A DNA stretch of 22,147 nucleotides from a virus. Lineage: Duplodnaviria > Heunggongvirae > Uroviricota > Caudoviricetes. The stretch is from the IMG/VR virus record IMGVR_UViG_3300025853_000050, one strand, 5' to 3'. The stretch's first letter is position 1. Every line of letters starts with the position of its first letter. The notes beneath the pieces are model-generated. The model had not been told where the DNA came from and did no database searches. It was given only the letters and a program-made list of their open reading frames with translations. The translations under genes were made by a program, and so were the position numbers. Below are positions 16,618 through 22,147 of the stretch, piece after piece.

Positions 16618-17391
16618 TTATTTACCTATAGCAGTGAAATATACCGTAGTCAAAGTTGCGTTTGAAGTTCTAATTTCAACAACCGAGTTATTTTGAGCCA
16701 CAACTGCCGCACTGTAAGTGACGTCAGAAGAAGTATTACTTGTTGCAGTCACAACATAAGCATTTGTTGAATACGCAGAAGTAAACACCGCAGTACCAGT
16801 TGTTGAGTTTGCTTCTACAGATCCCCAAATCATCTTAAATCCGTTAGGAAGATATGTATATCCATTTGCGGAATCAGTAGAAGTACCTAAAGTCAATGTG
16901 TTAGAAGTTAGGTTAGCAGATCCAGTATGGACATGCGTGGTATTTACCGAAGTATAAACTGTTGAATTACCAACATACATAGTAGTCGGTGTCAAAGTTG
17001 CATTCGAAGCCGCAGTTTTTAAAGTAAGTTCCCCAACATTATAAGTTGTGTTAACTGTACTATTGCCAACTGTAACTTTTGATGTATTGATTGACAAATT
17101 TGAACCAATCGTCAATGTGCCTGGATCTAATACTGCGCTTGTTGTTGAATTAGCAACTGCAAAATTAGTTGAATTGGCCACAGCATTTACTGTGCTGCTG
17201 CCGGTAACAAGACCTCCAGTATTCGAAACTACCGAATTAACAGTGGAGTTACCAACTGTTACCGATCCAGTAGCGACGAACGAACCGTACATCTCATTGA
17301 AGTTATCGTTTACTTTATCAAAAGCATCACGAATTGGGTCACCAGTGCCATCATTTGCTGCTGAACCAATATTAATAGTTTGTTGTGCCAT
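16618..17391 (-). CDS. Short fibre: gp9/gp10-type N-terminal anchor + VGNSTVN-repeat shaft + tail-fibre tip domain
   Basis: 257 aa. MAQQTINIG.AANDGTGD.IR.AF.KVN.NF.E.Y matches the T4 gp10/gp9 N-terminus. C-terminal NGYTYLPNGFKMIWG matches the gp53-like/H-lectin-like tip seen in P2/Mu-type fibres. Confidence 0.8.
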   Translation of the reverse strand: MAQQTINIGSAANDGTGDPIRDAFDKVNDNFNEMYGSFVATGSVTVGNSTVNSVVSNTGGLVTGSSTVNAVANSTNFAVANSTTSAVLDPGTLTIGSNLSINTSKVTVGNSTVNTTYNVGELTLKTAASNATLTPTTMYVGNSTVYTSVNTTHVHTGSANLTSNTLTLGTSTDSANGYTYLPNGFKMIWGSVEANSTTGTAVFTSAYSTNAYVVTATSNTSSDVTYSAAVVAQNNSVVEIRTSNATLTTVYFTAIGK

Positions 17392-17401
17392 TTATTTCCC
17401 T

Positions 17402-19813
17402 TTAAACAAAATATCTATCGACTGTTACTCTACTATCACTAGCTCTAAATTGTGTACCCGAAGCATAAACATATCTAACGAATTTTCTATTATCAGCCCT
17501 GACTTCAACGTTATCGGCTGACAAATAATTTGTATAATCCCTAATAGTAACATCTGATGTTATATTATTAGAGTCCACGGAAACTACATTAGAACTAGCC
17601 CTGAATACAATAGTATTACCCGAATCAGCTCCCCAATTATCTTCATACAATAAAGTGCTTTCTCTCAAAAGACTAACTGAACTTTGAATAGTCAAACTTT
17701 TTAAGAAACTTCCGAATAATTCAGTACCAGCAACGTGGAAAGTGTCTTGTATTATCTTTTTGTATTTAGATAATTGTTTAGCCACTTTAATTTCATAAGA
17801 ATAGTCTTGATAGTAATAACTATCTTGTATATATTTATTTGAATCCAAAAAGCTTCTATTATTTACCCAATATCCTCTGGATTGCCCAAGTCCACCGTTT
17901 CTGACTTTACCCGAAATACCAGAATATGTATTAAATTCTTGAAGAGAAGCTCTTAATGTCGCGCCTGTACCATTTGCCGTAATTACCCTTACTTCCGGAA
18001 TTTGGAAATAACCAGATCCGCCATTAGATACATACGCCGAAATAATACCGCCAGTGCTATTTGTACTGATATAACCATTAGCCGTTGTGGAATTATCACC
18101 TGTTCCCGCAAATAATAACAATTCGCCGTTAGCATATCCAGTGCCACCGTAAACGATTTCTACATTACTGGCAATACCGCCATGTAAATAAGCAATAACT
18201 TCTTCATTCTCTACATACGATTTTCCCGAGTTAACCGCAACTGCAGTCGCCGCTGCATTGTTACCACTAGAAGGAAATGCTTTGATAGTTTCATCTTCAC
18301 CTGGAATACCACCATCCAATGGATAAATAGAAGAATTACTGTATAAATCATAAGTAGCAAAGTTAGAAGGAAGAATGGTTGGCGCTACCATATATTGAGC
18401 GTTTGCCATTGAGTTTGTTGACGGTGGTCCATACAATGTAATTTCTGTATTAGAAACCACTTCTTTGATAACAGCGTATTCGTATCCAGCTTCCGATACA
18501 GTTGAAGAATATTTTAAACCTATTACATCATCATTGGAAAAGAAATAATCAAAATTAGTATTTGTTCCAACGATAGTATTTGATGTAGTTGAATAAGCCA
18601 CATTACCATACATCGGTAATGAAGTTTGAACTGGTCTTGCAAATACGTAAGGTTCTGCTGCATAGTTATTACCCGTGAAAATATTATCCAAGGTCAAAAT
18701 AGAACCAAAAGTTTGAGATTCTTTTTCTAAAGAAGATCCAATAGTTGATGATAAATTGGCCGAAACATCTTTCGGTAATCCATAAGCCGTTGCATCTAAA
18801 GGAACCGTCAAATAATTCCCAAGAATGTCAGTATTATATTCAATAATCCGTGTGGAAGATAAATTTCCTATTTCAAAAGATGCACCTTCTCCTTGATCTG
18901 AAGATCTATAAACAAACGTTTGAGCGGTATTGGTAAACCCAGTACCACTATCAAGGATTAAGAAATTAACTGTTCCGAATTCGTTACTAACAGATGAAAC
19001 CCTAAGAACCCCTTCAGATCCATAAGAAATTACATCATTAGTATCCAAATCTTTATGAACAATCTTGATTATATCGCCGACGCTAAAACCTTGCCCACCA
19101 TTGGTAATTTCTAATGATTGTAAAGAACCTTTAATAGCAGGAGCTGCTTCAATTTTAGAAGTATCAGATTGTTCGCCGTAAAGAACAACTTTTTCGCCAA
19201 CTTCAAAATCTTTATCTCTGGTGCTGGTGTTTGACAAGTGTAAAATGTGAATAATATCATCATTAAAATATTCTTTGGAATAGCTTTCAACAATACCTGT
19301 AATTCGAGAAGAACTTCCGATAATTGTCTGACCAACATAACTTTCAAGTAAACTATTTCCGGTTACTTCCAAATATTTTGGTTGTCTCCAGATACCTTCT
19401 GATGGGCGCAATAAGTCGCGCCCAGGGATATAAACTTCAATATCTTCATCATATAGTAATTTAAATAACAAACGATAACATTGAATGCTACCCTTTGACC
19501 TGTAAACATCCAGAATATGTTTTAGAAGAAATCTTTTATTTGAAATTACCTCAAACGGAATACCGTATAGATATTTCTTTTGAAAATATTCAAGAAACTT
19601 AACAATAGTTTGGTCGATATCTCTATATTCCAAAAGTTCTCTTGATTCGCGAATTGGACCACCATATCCGTTGAACTCGTTATCCCACGCCGATTCCATC
19701 CATTCATAATATGCTTTCATGAATAGAACGAAATTGGGCCCATCTTCTTTATAGATATTAGGAAATTGACTTTCGATTAAATTCGAAATATGAGTTGGAA
19801 TTTGATATGGCAT
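17402..19813 (-). CDS. gp7: Baseplate wedge initiator gp7-like
   Basis: 803 aa. ISNLIESQFP..FV.FMKAYYEWME; FLLKHILDVYRSKGS...LFKLLY; IQDSYYYQDYSYEIK. Lies between gp6 and gp8. Confidence 0.85.
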   Translation of the reverse strand: MPYQIPTHISNLIESQFPNIYKEDGPNFVLFMKAYYEWMESAWDNEFNGYGGPIRESRELLEYRDIDQTIVKFLEYFQKKYLYGIPFEVISNKRFLLKHILDVYRSKGSIQCYRLLFKLLYDEDIEVYIPGRDLLRPSEGIWRQPKYLEVTGNSLLESYVGQTIIGSSSRITGIVESYSKEYFNDDIIHILHLSNTSTRDKDFEVGEKVVLYGEQSDTSKIEAAPAIKGSLQSLEITNGGQGFSVGDIIKIVHKDLDTNDVISYGSEGVLRVSSVSNEFGTVNFLILDSGTGFTNTAQTFVYRSSDQGEGASFEIGNLSSTRIIEYNTDILGNYLTVPLDATAYGLPKDVSANLSSTIGSSLEKESQTFGSILTLDNIFTGNNYAAEPYVFARPVQTSLPMYGNVAYSTTSNTIVGTNTNFDYFFSNDDVIGLKYSSTVSEAGYEYAVIKEVVSNTEITLYGPPSTNSMANAQYMVAPTILPSNFATYDLYSNSSIYPLDGGIPGEDETIKAFPSSGNNAAATAVAVNSGKSYVENEEVIAYLHGGIASNVEIVYGGTGYANGELLLFAGTGDNSTTANGYISTNSTGGIISAYVSNGGSGYFQIPEVRVITANGTGATLRASLQEFNTYSGISGKVRNGGLGQSRGYWVNNRSFLDSNKYIQDSYYYQDYSYEIKVAKQLSKYKKIIQDTFHVAGTELFGSFLKSLTIQSSVSLLRESTLLYEDNWGADSGNTIVFRASSNVVSVDSNNITSDVTIRDYTNYLSADNVEVRADNRKFVRYVYASGTQFRASDSRVTVDRYFV

Positions 19814-21651
19814 TATACTAATTGCTCTATAATATCTACAGTGATATCGGCGGGATCAATAATAAGAATTTTATTTTGTTTGGAAAGAATATCTTTAGTA
19901 TCAGTTTTAATATACAAATTAATACTTCCGGTATAATCTGCCACATTAATATTTTCAATATTAATTTCTCCAGTTGCATAATCAACTGAACCAACTATGT
20001 CATTTTTGACTAATTGATCTGCAACAGTGACGAACACCACTAAATTACCTTTTTGATCTTCTTCAATAAAACTCAATGGGTATGTTTTTCCATCATTGGA
20101 ATTATACGTAAATCGAGAAGAAAGAATAGAAGTATGTTCGGAATGCAAGTCATAACTACTTGTATGATACGATTCATGAACTGTATTTGATACATATACT
20201 GTTGAATTGTAATAAATTTCGTTACCAGTTTGAATATTGTAAGATGTATCTGTGCCAATAGCTGGTGTTAATTTCTTAACAATTCTAATTTCTGTGTCAT
20301 TACTTGTAATACTGGCATCACTATCATCAATTTGTTTAACGAGTTTACTATATCTCAAATCTTTGCCAAATAATTCTAGATTATTTTTACTATATGTAAC
20401 GATGGAAGAAATACAATCTGATTGAAGTTCTGAAGGAGATTTAGTTGATATTGCCTGGTCGTATTGTACTTTGGAAATAACCGAACAATAGAAATAATCC
20501 GGATCTTCAATGACAATTCTGTTGGGTAATGCGATATATTCTTGCAAATAATTATAGATGCTATCTTTTAAATATTGAGATGCAATCACCCCAACCGAAG
20601 GTTTGATCGCTAACATTACTTTACCATATTGTTTAGGAACTACTTCCTGTCCACCGTATACATTTACGTCAGAAACTTCGTTACTAAATTGCGAAAATAC
20701 CAATGAAGAATAATCGTCCGAACTGACCGCTCTTTGTTGAGTGGCAAAATACCTCGGGGCCGCAAATTTAACACTTTCAATAGATTCTTGTTCAGCCCCC
20801 CCGGAAGAAATTTCCACAACTTCTATGTTAGGAATATCAAAATAATAATCTTCCACAAAATCGAATGCATTAATGTTATCTGCTTCTTCTCCGAATGTAA
20901 CTCTATAACTTATTTTTACAGTCGCGCCATGTTTTGGCTTTTTACCAAAAAGCCCATCCCCAAATACAATTTCGTATAAATTGTCTCTTGAAGGTTGTAT
21001 AAAGTATATTTCTGAATTACCGTTTAGACCAAATAAGTGATCTTTTCTCTTATAATCTTTACTTGAAGAATCTTCAGTTACATTAACCACAACACTATTA
21101 ATATCAGATTTTTGGTTTGTTAGTAAAAATTTTTGATTTTCTTCGTTATAATTTACAATATATGTATCTTGATAATATTCTCCTTCAAATATTTCCAAAT
21201 TAGAAGTAGAAAATGTATCATTTGAAGAAAGAATTGTTAATGTATTATTCGTGGTGAATATATATGAACTATTAGAGTTATAACCCCTGAATCTGGTTCC
21301 TTTGGGTAAAGTTAAAATACCATCTTGACCTAATACATCAACGGTAAAATTAATTTTGGCGGAACTAGACCTTGCACTGGCAGGAACATAATTCAGTTCC
21401 TTTGAGTGAGAAATAACTGAATCATATAATTGAGCCGAATCTAGAAACATTTCTGATACTGCCATATTCAAATAAAATGAATTTAAATATGAATTATATG
21501 ACAAAATATCTAACAGAACACTAATATTAGATCCGTTATAATCATAATCTTTAAATTTATCTTGAGATTGAAGAAAACTTTTAAAATTATCTTTGAGTGT
21601 ATCAAAATCCAAAGAACTTAAAGTTAATGTACTATTTGTATTTGCTGCCAT
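19813..21651 (-). CDS. gp6: Baseplate wedge subunit gp6
   Basis: 612 aa. LDFD.LK.NFK.FL.SQ..FKDYDY.GSN.SVLLDILSYN.Y.N.FY.NM...EMFLDSAQ; FGDG.FGKKP; FATQQRAVS..DY; G.VDYATGEI. Confidence 0.95.
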   Translation of the reverse strand: MAANTNSTLTLSSLDFDTLKDNFKSFLQSQDKFKDYDYNGSNISVLLDILSYNSYLNSFYLNMAVSEMFLDSAQLYDSVISHSKELNYVPASARSSSAKINFTVDVLGQDGILTLPKGTRFRGYNSNSSYIFTTNNTLTILSSNDTFSTSNLEIFEGEYYQDTYIVNYNEENQKFLLTNQKSDINSVVVNVTEDSSSKDYKRKDHLFGLNGNSEIYFIQPSRDNLYEIVFGDGLFGKKPKHGATVKISYRVTFGEEADNINAFDFVEDYYFDIPNIEVVEISSGGAEQESIESVKFAAPRYFATQQRAVSSDDYSSLVFSQFSNEVSDVNVYGGQEVVPKQYGKVMLAIKPSVGVIASQYLKDSIYNYLQEYIALPNRIVIEDPDYFYCSVISKVQYDQAISTKSPSELQSDCISSIVTYSKNNLELFGKDLRYSKLVKQIDDSDASITSNDTEIRIVKKLTPAIGTDTSYNIQTGNEIYYNSTVYVSNTVHESYHTSSYDLHSEHTSILSSRFTYNSNDGKTYPLSFIEEDQKGNLVVFVTVADQLVKNDIVGSVDYATGEINIENINVADYTGSINLYIKTDTKDILSKQNKILIIDPADITVDIIEQLV

Positions 21652-22103
21652 TATCGAACTCTTTTAAGGATTTGTGTAAATGATTTCGTCGTGGAATCAT
21701 TTATTGTTTTATATTTTATAGTGATCACTACTTCGTTAGAATCTCTATGATATCTATTAATTGTCTCGCCGTTATCTACTATGATATCAACTAAAATGAC
21801 CCTTGGTTCATTTAGTTCTATTGCAGATTGAATGAAAAATTCTAATGATGATTTTTCGCCTTGGTTATTGGGATCAAATAACATCTTGGCTATTTGACAA
21901 CCGACTAATGGTTGAAATGGCCTTTCTCCAATTCCAGTTAATATTATATTTTTTAGGGATTGTTGTATTGATCTCTCATCCAAAGCCCTAGCAAGATGTT
22001 TACCACCAGGAAGGGTTTTGAAATTATTAGTAAAATCCGAATAAAATTCAAATTTTTTATTAGGATCTTTTCGAAAAAAGTCCGCCCTTGTTAATCTAGC
22101 CAT
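21651..22103 (-). CDS. gp25: Baseplate wedge subunit gp25
   Basis: 150 aa. I.QSLKNIILT..GERPFQP..G......LFD and EPRV motifs; directly upstream of gp6; GAGG RBS. Confidence 0.93.
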   Translation of the reverse strand: MARLTRADFFRKDPNKKFEFYSDFTNNFKTLPGGKHLARALDERSIQQSLKNIILTGIGERPFQPLVGCQIAKMLFDPNNQGEKSSLEFFIQSAIELNEPRVILVDIIVDNGETINRYHRDSNEVVITIKYKTINDSTTKSFTQILKRVR

Positions 22104-22118
22104 TTGTCCTCGTTATTA

Positions 22119-22125
22119 TATTTAT
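22119..22125 (-). promoter_or_regulatory. T4-type late promoter core ATAAATA upstream of gp25
   Basis: GATAAATA lies 16 nt before the gp25 ATG and upstream of its GAGG RBS; matches the cyanophage-type late consensus. Confidence 0.7.
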
Positions 22126-22147
22126 CATGACAATAGCGCTTTAAGCG

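Noticed and set aside
548-20979. Plus-strand ORFs in the track (e.g. 548..847, 5765..6085, 14265..14735, 17048..17521) and other short nested minus-strand ORFs
   Set aside because: They are shadows of real minus-strand genes; Ser/Thr/Val/Gly-rich codons give stop-poor complementary frames.
22136-22147. Small inverted repeat cgctt-t-aagcg at the right edge as a terminator
   Set aside because: Too short and cut by the window edge; cannot be evaluated.

Overview
This window is the tail/baseplate and adhesin region of an AT-rich T4-supergroup myovirus, of the cyanophage/pelagiphage/phiM12 type that carries a VrlC/DUF4815 megaprotein. All credible genes lie on the minus strand and are tightly packed. 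Read right to left they are: gp25, gp6, gp7, a short gp9/gp10-anchored fibre, gp8, a 2104-aa VrlC-like protein, three small structural genes, a ten-gene fibre/adhesin cassette (7553 to 200), and the start of another fibre gene running off the left edge. The cassette holds an unannotated 55-aa ORF ending ALSIALG, a MANSFK protein, two C1q-head fibres, two stalk+adapter proteins, a LamG/SPRY lectin, a glycine-rich adhesin and two small partner proteins. No RNA genes, CRISPR array, integrase, transposase or reverse transcriptase are visible. Most interesting signals: (1) a 16/17-nt identical leader, GGGGA(A/T)AGGGAACC-ATG, sitting 30-31 nt behind a late-promoter motif in front of two unrelated fibre genes; (2) a multi-head adhesin cassette with apparent plug-and-socket organisation; (3) an in-frame 88-bp, 93%-identical repeat placed just before both C1q heads; (4) an excess of N-X-S/T sequons in some fibre proteins. 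Family assignments come from motif recognition, not database searches, and all counts were made by hand.
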